Below are positions 25,051 through 37,036 of a stretch of DNA of 64,000 nucleotides, piece by piece. This DNA is from Lama glama (taxonomy: Eukaryota). The notes under the pieces are model-generated. The model was not told the origin of the DNA. It saw nothing but the letters and a program-made list of their open reading frames with translations, and did no database searches. The DNA lies in the NCBI GenBank assembly GCA_028534125.1, contig CM052831.1, positions 5,396,001-5,460,000 of the forward strand. The letters are read 5' to 3'. The position numbers and the translations under genes were made by a program. Positions within the stretch are counted from its first letter, which is position 1. Every line of letters begins with the position of its first letter.

Positions 25051-26381
25051 CAGCTGTCTCCTAAAGATGGTATTTGTAGTTTCGCTGGGTTCTCCCCCGC
25101 ACACAGTCCCTCACTGAACATTCAGTCTTAGGTACTTGGAAAAGTGGATGTCGTTTACCCCTAGAGGGACCCCATCTTTCAACATGTGATCTCAATTTAA
25201 AGAAGACCACAAGAATGAGATGAAAATGAACTCTCAAGAAGATACCAGATAGCTTTCCCCATACATGCCCCCCTGCAAAAACAAACTGTTTGGACAATTG
25301 CTTCACCTCCTTCCAAAAGTGAAGGCTGAGACGCAACAGGGGATCGAGTTACATGAATACAGAGGCTAAGGTACTGGGCTACGACAGCCTGATGCATCCT
25401 CTCCTTAAGACAGGTCAGCCGCTCTCAGGCAGCCCGTCAGGTTGAACTCTAGTTCCTGGGACAGTGTAGGGCTCAGTGAACCATCCTTGCCCTCCATTCC
25501 AAAGCTGCCCACCTTCTAAAGGCCATTCCCTTTCATTAGCTTCAACAGAACTACATCTTTAGTGAGGGTGAGGTTCTTAAGTTCGAAGGGAAATACTATT
25601 GCATCTTAGTACTGGGTATCCCTTAAGTTGCTTGTAAAATACCCCACAGTTGTATATCCTGTTAAAGGATGACATAGCAGCTCATTTTCCCAGTAGCATT
25701 GGAGCTGATTATGTTTATCCATACAAGTATAGGTTTACTTTTGGGGCCAAATCATACGGGAGTGAGCAGGAACTCCCATTAACTATAGGATTGGCCAACT
25801 TGGGGACCTGTTATCTAACTCTGACTCAGTGGCATGTGTTTAGTTAGTGAACTGGTGAGTAGAGAATCACTGCACAGTGATTGTGGAAGGGATTCCCTCT
25901 TTGCTCTTTTATTCCCTGGACATTAAGAATTCTTCTTAGACAAGTATGCAAATAATACCACTTTTCATTGACCTATTTTCATCCATTTTGCATTTGTTTT
26001 TCAGTTTAACACTTACAGGTCAATCTTACTTTCTTTCCAAGTTCTTGAGGGATGTTGAACACTGCCACCCAAAAGCTGCTAATAATACTCATCTTTGTGA
26101 TCTTTCTGTTGTAGAAAGAAAGAGCTAAAACTGAGATGTTACCTACTTTGTCCTGATCACATAAAGGAAGTCATTCTAAGGTTTGATTCCAAAGTCCATT
26201 ATATTCCTATTTTTCATTTCATGAAGTGATAAAGCATCCTGTGCTGACATGTGCTTGAGGTCTAGAATATATATAGATAAACAGATTAGAGAGAGACAAA
26301 GAGGCAGAGACAGTGAGAGAGAGAAATTTTAATTTCTGATTTTAGTTGTTATCATGTTCTTTAAAAAACAAGCATATTCTT

Positions 26382-26458
26382 TTTTTTGCCTTTTTTTTAA
26401 TTGAAGTTTAGTCAGTTACAAGGTGTCAGTTTCTGGTGTACAGCACAATGTCCCTGTC

Positions 26459-26522
<64 letters not shown>

Positions 26523-26557
26523 TTATATATATATATATATACACATATATTTGTTTT
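26382..26557 (-). mobile_element. Short L1 3' end with an expanded (TA)n tract
   Basis: TTTTAATTGAAGTTTAGTCAGTTACAA..TTTCTGGTGTACAGCAC. CATATTCTT is repeated at 26373 and 26558. Confidence 0.8.
26463..26550. repeat. Long (TA)n microsatellite
   Basis: Directly visible; about 55 bp pure, then interrupted. Confidence 0.95.
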
Positions 26558-27309
26558 CATATTCTTGGTCATCTGGATGCCCACGTCCTAACTGAGGATT
26601 ATGAAGATGTATCAGAGTCCATGTATGTGTTGTATTCAAATGATATGTGGGAAGTTATGCTAATTTAATATTTAAAATTTTGCAATGAGAATAAAAACAA
26701 TAGTGTCTTTCTTCCCAGTGAAGGACAAATGACATTAAGTTATGAAAAGCAATTTCCCAGGAGTATTTGACTAGAGAAGAGTGGCAGGCGAATCCAGTCT
26801 GTCTGCAGGCTCTGTTAAAGGATGCTACGCTCTCTGGAGCCTGTATCTCAGCAGTCAGTGCCATGTTCACTTTGTGGGCTCACGTGGTTTCCAGAAAAAT
26901 AACAGAATAATGTTGTTCTAGTGGTTTTATAGTTTTATCCCAATTCTTATTAATAAATTTGATTTCAGGGTTGGGTAAGTTCTAGAAACATAAGAACTTT
27001 ACATAGTCTTCTCTTTATTCATATTTATAGTACTTTCTATAAAATAACTTGACAACACAGGATTGGGGGAATTCCACGATATTTTTTCTTTTTAAATAGG
27101 GTGTGAACATTGTTCAGATTTGGAAACACGGCATATTTTTGTTTTGGCCAACACTTACATAGCACTTACTATCTACTTTGCAAATATCAATCTCATTGGT
27201 TCTAAGATGTTCTCTCCCCACAACATTTAACCTTTCCAAAGTTAGTATGTAATTCACTGTCATTTTTTCCCCAAATGGTATATAAAATAGCAGTGCCTTG
27301 AGCATATTA

Positions 27310-27510
27310 AATCCAAAGAATTTTGGTAACTCATTTAATCTTCATCTGAACTTTTGGAAAAGTATTATTATTCTCACTTCTGAGGTGTGGAAACTCAGGC
27401 ATGAAGGCGTCAATGAATTTGTCCAAGGGCAAACAGCTAATAAGTGCTGAAGTCAGTATTTTCACTCAGGGAGTCTAATTAGAGAGTTCCTGCTCTAACC
27501 AATGTAACTA
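27310..27510 (-). mobile_element. MIR SINE
   Basis: AACTCATTTAATCTTCA..GGAAACTCAGGC..AATTTGTCCAAGG..ACAGCTAATAAGTG..TGCTCTAACCA. Confidence 0.75.
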
Positions 27511-28433
27511 CAGTGTCTGAAACAAACATACTGTTAATAACGTAGAAATTAAAATTTGCCATTGGTTATTACCAAATTGTTATAGCTTAGCCAATTACAT
27601 ACTAAACTGGCTTGATTTCTGATTAACATCCCTTACCATTCGTACCAAATACTGCCACTGTATCATCTGAAGACTGTGGAAGATTGACAGGTGCACGAAG
27701 CACATTGAATCTCAGAAGGTACAACTGGGAATTGCCTTCCTCTGAATCTGTAATGTGATGGAAAGTGTTCTGTCTGCACCCGTGATTAACTTTGAATGAC
27801 TGGGTCCGCTGTCATTCCCTCATTTAGATTTTTCAGTGTGGGGACCAATGGAGTGAATACTCCCTACAGAAGAGATTCAGAATAGCTCTCAGAAGGGTTG
27901 GAACACAAATCCTGAAGACCCACCAGAGAATTTCCAAGGGTGATAGATATCAAAACTTAGCATCTGTTAATGAGGACAAAAGGAGAGGTCACAGTTTATT
28001 TTAATGTCTTTGAGGATTCTTTTTTGTTAGGAATTTCCTGACTTTAAACAACTGACCAGGACAGAAGGGTAGAGTTAGAATAAGGCAGAATTGGATGTCC
28101 TTGTGTCATTATATATTTTACAAGTGGCCACCTGTATGGACCTTCTTGAATAGGAGAGGGTATACTAACTGACATGGTTTATCGAGATAATGCTTCGGTC
28201 TACGGCTGTCTTTGTGGTCTTTAAAGAAAAATAAATTCTCCCTCTTGTCCCATGTGGCCGATTGTTACACTTTCTTAGATATTTGGTAACAAAATACTAA
28301 CACCAGTCATATATTGTTTTTTAAAACAGGATATTCATGATGTTTTTCCGTTGTTGTGCTGTTATATTTTATTGTGCATTTATTAATACTGCATAGAGTT
28401 CACTGAGAGTATTATATGTTAGCTGTAGATATG

Positions 28434-28952
28434 ATGTTACCAGTTACAATTTACTGTGAAACAAACTATCCTAAGATTTTAATGGCTTTAAAACAGCAGC
28501 TATTTGTTTAGTCCGTGGCTCTGCTGATTGATGATGCGGGCTAGCTTTAGCTGAGTATTTATTTTGGTTTCGTTGTCTCACATACTTGTGGTCAACTGTT
28601 GAGTTGGCTAGGGGCTGCCTTATCTCAGATAAGCTCACCTCTGCCAGCTGCCTCTGTTCAGTGCTGTCTCTCATATCCTCCCAGGTTAGTCTGCGGTTTT
28701 CACAAGGCAGATGGTCAAGTTTCTGATAAACTAAATGAAAGTTTGTAAGTTGCTTTAGGCTTAGGTTCAAAACTGGCATAATGTCATTTCTACACCCATT
28801 GTCTTGGCTAAAACCAGTCACAGTGTCAGCCATATTCAGGAAGAAGGTAAATAGACTCCATCTTTTGATTGGAAGAACTGTAAATACACATTGCAAGGAA
28901 CAAGGGTACAGGAGGTCATGGAGATCAGTGGCCATGTTTGCGGTCTACCACA
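28434..28952 (-). mobile_element. MaLR solo LTR (MLT1F/G/H-like)
   Basis: AACAAACTATCCTAAGATTTTAATGGCTTTAAAACA ... AATAGACTCCATCTTTTGATTGGAAG..GGCCATGTTTGC..TCTACCACA. Confidence 0.82.
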
Positions 28953-28989
28953 CTTAGCGCTTCAGCTGTCCTATGAGTTTATATTCTTG

Positions 28990-29200
28990 TTTTTAATTGA
29001 AGTATAGTCGATTTACAGTGTTGTGTTAATTTCTGGTTTACTGCATAGTGATTCAGTTATATGTATGTGTGTGTGTGTGTATATATATAGATATTCCTTT
29101 TCATATTCTTTTTCATTATAGGCTATTACAAGGTATTGAATATAGTTCCCTGTGCTGTACAGTAGGACCTTGTTGTTTATCTATTTTATATATAGTAGTT
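28990..29200 (-). mobile_element. Short L1 3' end
   Basis: TTTTAATTGAAGTATAGTCGATTTACA..ATTGAATATAGTTCCCTGTGCTGTACAGTAGGACCTTGTTGTTTATCTATTTT. Confidence 0.88.
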
Positions 29201-29759
29201 CTAGTTCTTTTTTCCCCCTTTTCCTTCTTGATACCATTAATGGGTTTATTTTACCAGACCATCTACCATCTGATTTTTTTTTTCCTTTTTTTGTGGCGGG
29301 AGGGGGAAGAAGACTGAAGAACACAGAGGGCAGAGTTTCCTAAATGAGCAAGTGCACTGCCTTGCTGCCTTACGATATCATGATTATATAGTATCTACAA
29401 GTCATCCAGCCATAATTTCAACCTCTTCCTCCACTGTGCCAGGTTATAGAAAAGGACTGATTCAAACGAAATGGGAACTCTATAGATGATGAGTTCTTGA
29501 CATGGTCAAGGGGTTGGGACTCATAAGATTTGAAGGGCAGTGGAAGGGCATTAGGATCTGGTAATTCAGGGAAGAGATGGTGCAGAGACAGCACAACTGT
29601 ACCCAGACATAAATTTGGCAAGGAGTAAATTGGTTTTGTTTGCCCACAGACAGCTGAGCAAGTACCAAAGAGTAGAAATTCTAAGAGTCATGTTATGGCT
29701 TATTATACGTAAAAGAATTATTTCAAACCATTAGGGCTTTTTAGAGCTGAAAAGGCTGG

Positions 29760-30003
29760 TATAAGCTAGTGGCTAATGGCATGTAATTCTGGAGTCAAGC
29801 TGGCCTGGGTTCAGATCCTGTCTTTCATACTTTCTGTCTGTGATCTTAGACAAGGTGATGAACTTCCCTCATCTGTAAAATGGGACTAATCAAAGTTTGT
29901 ACTTTCTAGTATTATTTTGAGGATTCAGTGATAACATGTATGAAAGTTCTTACTGTAGTGGCTGGCACGGTAAGTGCTCAAAATAATTCATGGTTAATAA
30001 TAA
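29760..30003 (+). mobile_element. MIR SINE (near full length)
   Basis: TCTGGAGTCAAG..CCTGGGTTCAGATCCTG..CCTCATCTGTAAAATGGG..GGTAAGTGCTCAA. Confidence 0.85.
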
Positions 30004-31189
30004 AAAGGTCTTTATGCCTGAAATTGCCTAAAGGCCTCTGTGCATAATTGGAGAAATGCCAGGCAGTGAAGAATACTATGCTTAATACTTGCTGGGTCAT
30101 CACACCTGTCTGTGCTACTGGAGATTTTCTCCCACCCTATTGCAATGGCCCTGGCAATTCAGTAAAAGATCTGCTTTTCCTTTGGTCTATAAAACACATT
30201 ATTACTCTTTTGGCCCAAGCCTAATTATCTTGGATTGTAACCTTATTTTCTCTTGTTGGAGTAATCGATAATTCCCAGTGTGCAAAGATACCTACTACCA
30301 ACTATGACTTTATCTGAAAAAATCATTATTTTAGTGATCATAACAGCTCATTTTCTTCCTTCTTGCCAACATCATTCTACACCAGACCATTGCTTCAGGT
30401 GACTTAGAGAAATCAATTGGAGGGAGAAAATGCAGTATCCACAGGAAGTCAGAGTAACGGCGGATGGTGCCCAGAGCGCTGGTTCCGATCACCAGTCCAC
30501 TAGAGTGGGTCTTGGGATTGGAAGCAAATCCCTCAGCCAACGGCTGCCTTATCAGTTCGTTTGTAAATTGGGACTATTTGAGTTGCAGGGCATTTCAGAG
30601 CTGTAGCTGCACCCCTAATATGCTTGGGAGACTCGGACGAAAGATGCTAATAGCATTGCTGGGAAGCTCAGTGATTTGGGTGGTCACCTGCTGCCTTTTG
30701 CTAATGCAGGCTAGCAATCAGCAGAATTCAGCTGGGGGAAAAGTCCATTTCTTGTGTCCAGCTACCCTGTTAAGAGGAAACCCCTGTGAAAATTCCTGCT
30801 CCTTTCTGATAAACTGTCATAACAATCCTTTGAGTAACACCTGCTGATATATCTATTATCTGCATCTAAACCTGCACCCTCATCTGTATCTGTATCTACC
30901 TATCTTACGTGTATAGAATCTACATTTATCATTGTATATACACTATATATCACATATATAATTCATATATGTGAATAGGAAATCGTATATATGAATAAAT
31001 AAGGTGGAAATCAATGTACAAGTGATGCTGGAAAATCAGCATAATTGTTGCATAGTCCTAAAGATTTGCTCATTAGAAGTTAAACATAAAATCTAATTGC
31101 TTCAACAACAGTAGCCAAAAGCTTGGAGTTTTTAAGTAAAATGCCTTATTCTTCTGAGACTGCCCACTGGCTCGAGCTGTGCTCTAACT

Positions 31190-31515
31190 CAGCCGCCCTG
31201 ACCAGTGTGGTGGCCCCCACCCAGAATGGCTGCCGAGCACTTGAAACGTGGTCACTTTAAATGGAGACATACTCTAAGTGTAGAAGGCACGCTGGATTTT
31301 TTGGCTTCATACAAACACAAGATCGAAAGTAGCTTATTATTATGTCTGTGTCGATTTTAAAGTGATAGTATTTTGGATATACTAGGTTAAATACAGAATT
31401 TACATTTCAAAAGATTCTTTTTAGTTAGTTTCTTCTTTTAATGTGGCTGCCAGAAAATTTAAACTTGAATATTTGACTTGCATATGTGACTCTCATTTTC
31501 CTTCTTTGGATAGTG
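31190..31515. mobile_element. MER33/MER3-like hAT-Charlie MITE
   Basis: TGGCTGCCGAGCACTTGAAACGTGG..TATTTTGGATATACTAGGTTAAATA..TTTTAATGTGGCTGCCAGAAAATTTAAA. Confidence 0.78.
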
Positions 31516-31526
31516 TGCTGGGCTAG

Positions 31527-31693
31527 AGTGTCATTGTTCACATGAGGTCCTCAGACCAGTGACACCAGCATCCCCTGGGAGCTTATTAGGAATGCAGAAA
31601 CTCAGGGCTTGTTCCAGACCTACGAAATCAGAACCTCCAATTTAACAAGATTCCTTGTTAATTCATTTGCACGTCCAAGCCTGAGAACCCCTG
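31527..31693. mobile_element. MER5A MITE
   Basis: CAGACCAG..CAGCATCCCCTGGGAGCTTATTAGGAATGCAGA..CAGACCTACGAAATCAGAA. Confidence 0.85.
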
Positions 31694-32084
31694 GGTCTGA
31701 GTGCGGTAGAGCGCCAGTAAACTGGTTAAGAGGAAAGGGATTCTTGAGAGTTTCTGGTACCCTAGTTTCATCTGTGATGTCCTCCTGGCTTCAGGTTTCT
31801 TTGGTGTGTCCAGACTACCACTGTCCACATAGATCGTCCATTAATACCCTGACTGTCATTTCAGAATGGAAATCAGTGGGAAAAGTGTACCCCAAGTAGC
31901 AGAAAATACACTTCATGGTCAATTTTTTTACATGTAGCTCTTTTAGAAAGTAGAACTTTTCTGGAGCTGATTTTGACTTACCTTCCTTTTTTTTCTGAAT
32001 GGTCCTGCTTGATGGTCATCAGAGAAGGGCGGGGCTGGGTCTTCTCACCGTTTTTTCCTTTTCTTCATTGAGTCTCCACTCCCA

Positions 32085-32850
32085 AGTGAGGAGAGCCTTT
32101 CCTGACCACGCCCTCCTGCCTCGCCCCGCCTCCCTCTCCCCTCACCTCTGCCTGCCTCACCTCACACATCTCCCTTGCTGAAACCCTGATCACTCCTGTC
32201 CTTGCTTCTTGTTCACCTCATCTACTGGAATACAAGTTCCATGAAGACAAGGACTTTTTCTTGTTCCCCTCTGCAATGACTCCTCATATCAACTACCCTG
32301 CATGAGACCACACTTCACAGAATGAGCGCACAGTCCCCTCAAAACTCCCCCCACCTCAGACACCAGCTGCAAGTTTGTGGGTCCCCAGGCCACTCTCACT
32401 TCTGACCAGCTGGCTACAAACTTGGGAGTTGCCACAACCCGCTCAGGTTTGATGATTCTCTGAATGATGCACAGAGCTCAGGAAAGTGCTACACTTCCTA
32501 TTATCGTTTTAGTCTAGTGACAGAATGTGAATTAGGAGGAGCTAAAAGAAGAGACACGTAGAGTGAGGTCTGAAGGGTCCCGATTGCAAAGTCACGTTGT
32601 TGGATTAAACTACCCAGGGGCCAAGTCACCTCGTTTACATAAAGTCAGGGCTGGTCTAAGGGGCCCACCGTGAATAACAAAGATGCTTCTGTCATTTCAG
32701 AAATTCCAAGGGTTTAGAGGATCCCGCTTGGGAACTGGAGACAACGGCCAATCAAGTTCTTTATGACATAGGAAGCCGTCTATTCCTAATGCCTGTAACA
32801 GTGCCTGACAGATAATGAGCCCTCCTCAGATATTCGGATAAATGAGTTCC
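32085..32850 (+). mobile_element. L2 3' end split by a MER21-like LTR
   Basis: AGCCTTTCCTGACCAC..CTGGAATACAAGTTCCATGAAGACAAGGAC [insert] TATTCCTAATGCCTGTAACAGTGCCTGACA. Confidence 0.7.
32275..32772. mobile_element. MER21-family LTR
   Basis: CAGACACCAGCTGCAAGTT..GTCCCCAGGCCAC..CACTTCTGACCAGCTGGCTACAAA..CTCAGGAAAGTGCTA..CAGAAATTCCAAGGGTTTAG. Confidence 0.82.
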
Positions 32851-33604
32851 CAGCGTCTAGCATGGAACCTGGCACGAAGTGAGGGCTTAGGAAAAATTTG
32901 TCAGAAGTATGATTATGCTTTCAGCTCTTCAGTTAGACATACTGTCTCAGACCTTGGCTAGAGATTCAGCCGTCTTAGCAAGCAGGCTTTTAATGCCTCA
33001 TAGAGGTGCAGCATTGTTAAGCAGAATTAATTACAATAACAGAAGTAAAGAACATAAATCTTTACTACTGCCAGTGCCCTGTTAATGGAGGGAAATCATC
33101 TCTAGAAATGGCAGTTGCAAAATGGCAGTTGAGCCTTTTTTCTCTTGTAATTAATTATCGACAGTTTACGCTCATTACACACTTTCAAGGAGAAAAAAAG
33201 AAAATACCAATTACTAATACTTGCAGCAAACTCCCATAAATTAACTTCTAAAAAAAAATGATTATTTTTGCATCCTCAAAAAAGCATCACTCTGATGAAA
33301 ACTGGTTATTATGTACTTTTTGATTCCCAAATTGTTGGTTGGAATAGCTAAAACGCTGCCTCTGTCTGTCAGCAGAAAGTGAAGGGCGTTGGTAAATAAT
33401 GAGAATGGATTTGGAATCAAGGGTAGGGTACTCTGCACAGACAGTCTGAGGTCTGTGGTTTGGGGAACAATTTCCCACTGCTTGTGAGTCTAGGTTGAAC
33501 CTATTACGAAGTTCAGGAAACATAAATGAGCTGGTGCTTCCATGTGCATAAGTCTATGACCTGGTCTAGAACCTGTTAAGGGATTTGGGGGTGAGCTACC
33601 TACG

Positions 33605-33760
33605 CTCCTGACTTCAGTTTCCTCATCTGTAAAATGGGAGAGTAATTCCTATCTGAAAATAGCGCCGCCCCGACAGGGTTGTTGGGAGGGTTCAGTACAG
33701 TTGCGCGTGTAACACCTGAAGAGTGTGGTCCCTGAGCTGCAGCTCCGTGAACGTCAGCTC
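33605..33760 (+). mobile_element. MIR SINE core
   Basis: CTTCAGTTTCCTCATCTGTAAAATGGGAG..CAGGGTTGTTGGGAGG. Confidence 0.75.
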
Positions 33761-35499
33761 CCTCCTGTTGGATCTACAGTTTTTCTTTACACTTGAGGGT
33801 TATAACTGAGTGAGTGATTTTTCTAGAAATTTCATGGTTTCAGTGTTTTCTTGGAAGGACTTGCTTTTTCCAGGTGCTGTTTGGCTAAGTCAGACAATTC
33901 CAAACAGCCCGCTTTGCCTTGGCTGCTGGGGTATTTCTGAGATGTGTTTGTTTCTGCACATCATTATTCACATGGGGGAGATTCTTCACTTTTCTTTGTA
34001 TGCGTGGTCCGTGGTTCCCGGTGGAGTGAAGCGCAGGGTCCCCTGGAAAATGGTGTTGCCTTGACTTGTTCTTTTTGGAAACAACCTTCCTTCTTCCTTT
34101 CTCGTTTGCATTCAGAACCTCAGCCAGCTCTGCATTACACCTGCCATGACATCTGTCATGATGTGGCATTCTCTGTCAAGTCCTTTGTGGACCACCTGCC
34201 GCTCCCTCCCCTCTCTTCCCCCTTCTACCTCTGTCCCAGGGGCCTGACTGGCTGAGGGAAGTCTAGCATGGTGTGTAAAGTGGGGCTCTGCAAAAAGGGA
34301 TCAGGTTGGGGGCCCTTAGGGGCCAACGGAGGGGTGGATAGTTTAGCTTCCCTGGGAGAGGAAACTCAGATGAGGCTGCAACAGTACCCAGAACCCCCTC
34401 AGGAGAATGCACTTTATTTGCAGTGCAGTCCTAGTAAGAGTAAGGCAAGAAGCCTTCCACCCCACTTGGTAATGACATTTGATTACTGAAGGGAACTGTA
34501 GGGCGTGAGGTAGGAAACACAGAGCCGAGGCTCATTAAAGGTGAGACTTGTGTTTATGAAAATGGCAGAAGATCTGTTATCCTTGGGTTGGATGTATTAT
34601 GTTGAGCCACTGAGCCAGGTCTCCTTCCATCCCTCTTAACTATTGATCATAATGATCAATAGGAACTAAGGGTAAAGATACTAGGCGGACTCTAGAAAGA
34701 ACCCACTCCCAGTTGCTTTTCTTCCACAGGCATCTCAGTGTGGCCAGATAATTTATTGGGGTGCTACTTTATGTTTGGTCTCTCTGCAGACCCCATTCTT
34801 TGCAGATCTTTCCATGCCAGTCTTCCTTGTGGGCTCTTTTTCCCTAAACTCCAAGTCATTGAAGAGGTGCTGCCTGACCAAGGGAGATGCTGTCAAGCTA
34901 GGAGGAGAGATGCCCCAGAGAAAAGAGAGAACAGGGGTCTGCGGAGCCCGTGAGCAGCGGGGACCCATGCCTTGGGCCTGATGTTGCTCTGGGGAGATGA
35001 GCGAGCCCCGCAGGAAAGGAAATCTGGAGTAAGCAGAAGAGAGTGCTAGGTGACTACAATGGAAAACTATGCATAAAAGTTTTGGGGTTAAATGATTCTA
35101 GCCTTTTACTGCCTTTGAGCTATTTTGCAACTCAGTAAATTGTAACTAATAGTAATGCAAAATAATTCTTGTTTATATACATGCAAATAAATTCTGTCCA
35201 GTGGGGGATCAATTGACTTCTTTCCCCACCCCTTGCATCTGTTTGTAAATTCACTTCATTATTCCTTTACTCCATATAAATGTGTGCTGCTTTGACTTCT
35301 CCTTCAAACTTGCTTTAATATCTCACCAATCCCCTCATTAATCATGGATTAAATAAAATCCTTAACATGTCTTCATTTTGTATCTGATTAAAAGGTAGAG
35401 TCATGATTCTACCTGTCTTAAAATTTATCTTTTAACAACAGGATTGGGATGTGCTACCTCCACAGCATCTGAGCGATAGCCCATGGAAGCCTGCAGTTT

Positions 35500-35615
35500 A
35501 GGCTTATATCCTGTGATTCAGCAGTTCTAGGAGGGGATGATAATCTGCAATTCTAACAGACTCTCAGGTGATGCTGATATCAGCTGCTGGTCCACGGAGC
35601 ACACTTTGTATAGTA
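35500..35615. mobile_element. MER5A fragment
   Basis: GATTCAGCAGTTCT..AATCTGCAATTCTAACA..CAGGTGATGCTGAT..GCTGCTGGTCCA..CACACTTTG. Confidence 0.75.
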
Positions 35616-35626
35616 GGAGTTTGAAA

Positions 35627-35850
35627 CAGGGATCTGCAAGTCTTTCCATAAAGGCCAAAATAGTAAATATTTTCAAGCTTGTAGGTCATAAGGTCTCTGT
35701 TGCTACTTAACTGGGCCATTATAGCTTGAAAGCAGCCATTGACAGTATGTAAATGAATGGATGTGGCTGTGTGCCAATAAAACTTTATTACCAAAAAAAC
35801 AGACAGAAGTTTGGATTAGGCCCACAGGACATAGTTTGCCAAAGCCTCGT
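35627..35850. mobile_element. MER58A hAT-Charlie MITE
   Basis: TAAAGGCCAAAATAGTAAATATTTT..AAAGCAGCCATTGACAGTATGTAAATGAATGGATGTGGCTGTGTGCCAATAAAACTTTATT..TAGTTTGCCAA. Confidence 0.9.
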
Positions 35851-36862
35851 TAGAAGTATCATTCTGGCAGGAAGTAGTGTTCAGATGGATTCAAAGGATG
35901 GAGGAGGGGTGGGAGACAGGTAGCCCAGTCCAGTGGAAGAAATTTTGATGACAGCTAATAAATGCTTCGACTAGGGCAGAGGAATGGGGAATCTAAAGTG
36001 AAAGTAGAATTGATGGGACTTGACAAGGATCAACCCTGTAGCAGAGATGACCTCAGTACTGGATGGGGTTCTGGGTCCTCAAGTAATACAATAAAGCATG
36101 GCCTTTCATGGGCACATTTTGGGAGGATTCGTTTTGGTCTGTTTCCAGGATATGACAGCTTTTGTTACTGACGTCCTTCAGGATTTATGAAAGCACAGTC
36201 AACGTTATGTTCCCATTAATGATGCAAAGTTGGAAAAAGAAAACTATATGAGATTTCAGGTTTCAGGGAAGAAAAATCTTGTCTCATTTAAATCTCCTTT
36301 CTACTAAAATATGAATAGATTTGTCTTCTTCATTAATTACAGTTTTTAGCGTTAAAGAATTGAATACCAATTATTAAATAATTGAGTTTCTCTTCTGCTC
36401 AGGGGCCTCTGGTGAGTGATAAGATATATTCAAGAACACTCAGGAAGTATTAAATTTCTGGGGTAGTTATTTATGGTTAAAAATTGAACTTGATAGACAT
36501 TCAGTGTTTTTGGAAGGAATATAAAGCAGATACCTCTAAGCTAAATAACAGAAGGGCTAAATTATGTCACAGTGTAGTGTTGCACCAACTGAGTCCTGTA
36601 GAATACTTAAAAATTGGTCCTGCCAATAAAAATTTAGGAAATACTAATTACCTACTTTCAGCATTCAGAATAAGGGTATATATATCCATAACCAATACCA
36701 CTGGGAAACTCATGAAAATGAAAAAAACCTCATAATAATATTTAACGTCTAGTTTACCTTCCATTTTCTCCAATAGTCCCTGTAAAATCTTTTTGAGTAT
36801 GTTTTAAAATCAAGATCTGATCAAATTTCATGTATTGTAATTGGTTGTCATCTCTCCTGGTC

Positions 36863-37036
36863 CAGTGTTCTCAAAATGTAGTTCCTTGGATCACCACCAT
36901 CAGCATCCTCTGGAAACTTGTTAGAAATGTGAATTCTCAAATCCCACCTCAGATCCGCCAAACCAGAAACTCTGGAGATGTGACCAAGCTTCGGTGGTGG
37001 TGATTTTGACGTGTGCTGACGTTTGAAAACCACTGC
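36863..37036. mobile_element. MER5A MITE
   Basis: CAGTGTTCTCAAAATGTAG..CATCAGCATC..TGGAAACTTGTTAGAAATG..TTTGAAAACCACTG. Confidence 0.85.

Noticed and set aside
26401..26668. ORFs with YIYIYI runs
   Set aside because: Translation of the (TA)n microsatellite.
28471..28935. 154-aa minus-strand ORF
   Set aside because: Lies wholly within an MLT1 LTR; chance ORF.
30961..30996. 10-bp inverted repeat ATTCATATAT/ATATATGAAT
   Set aside because: Low-complexity AT-rich context; expected by chance.
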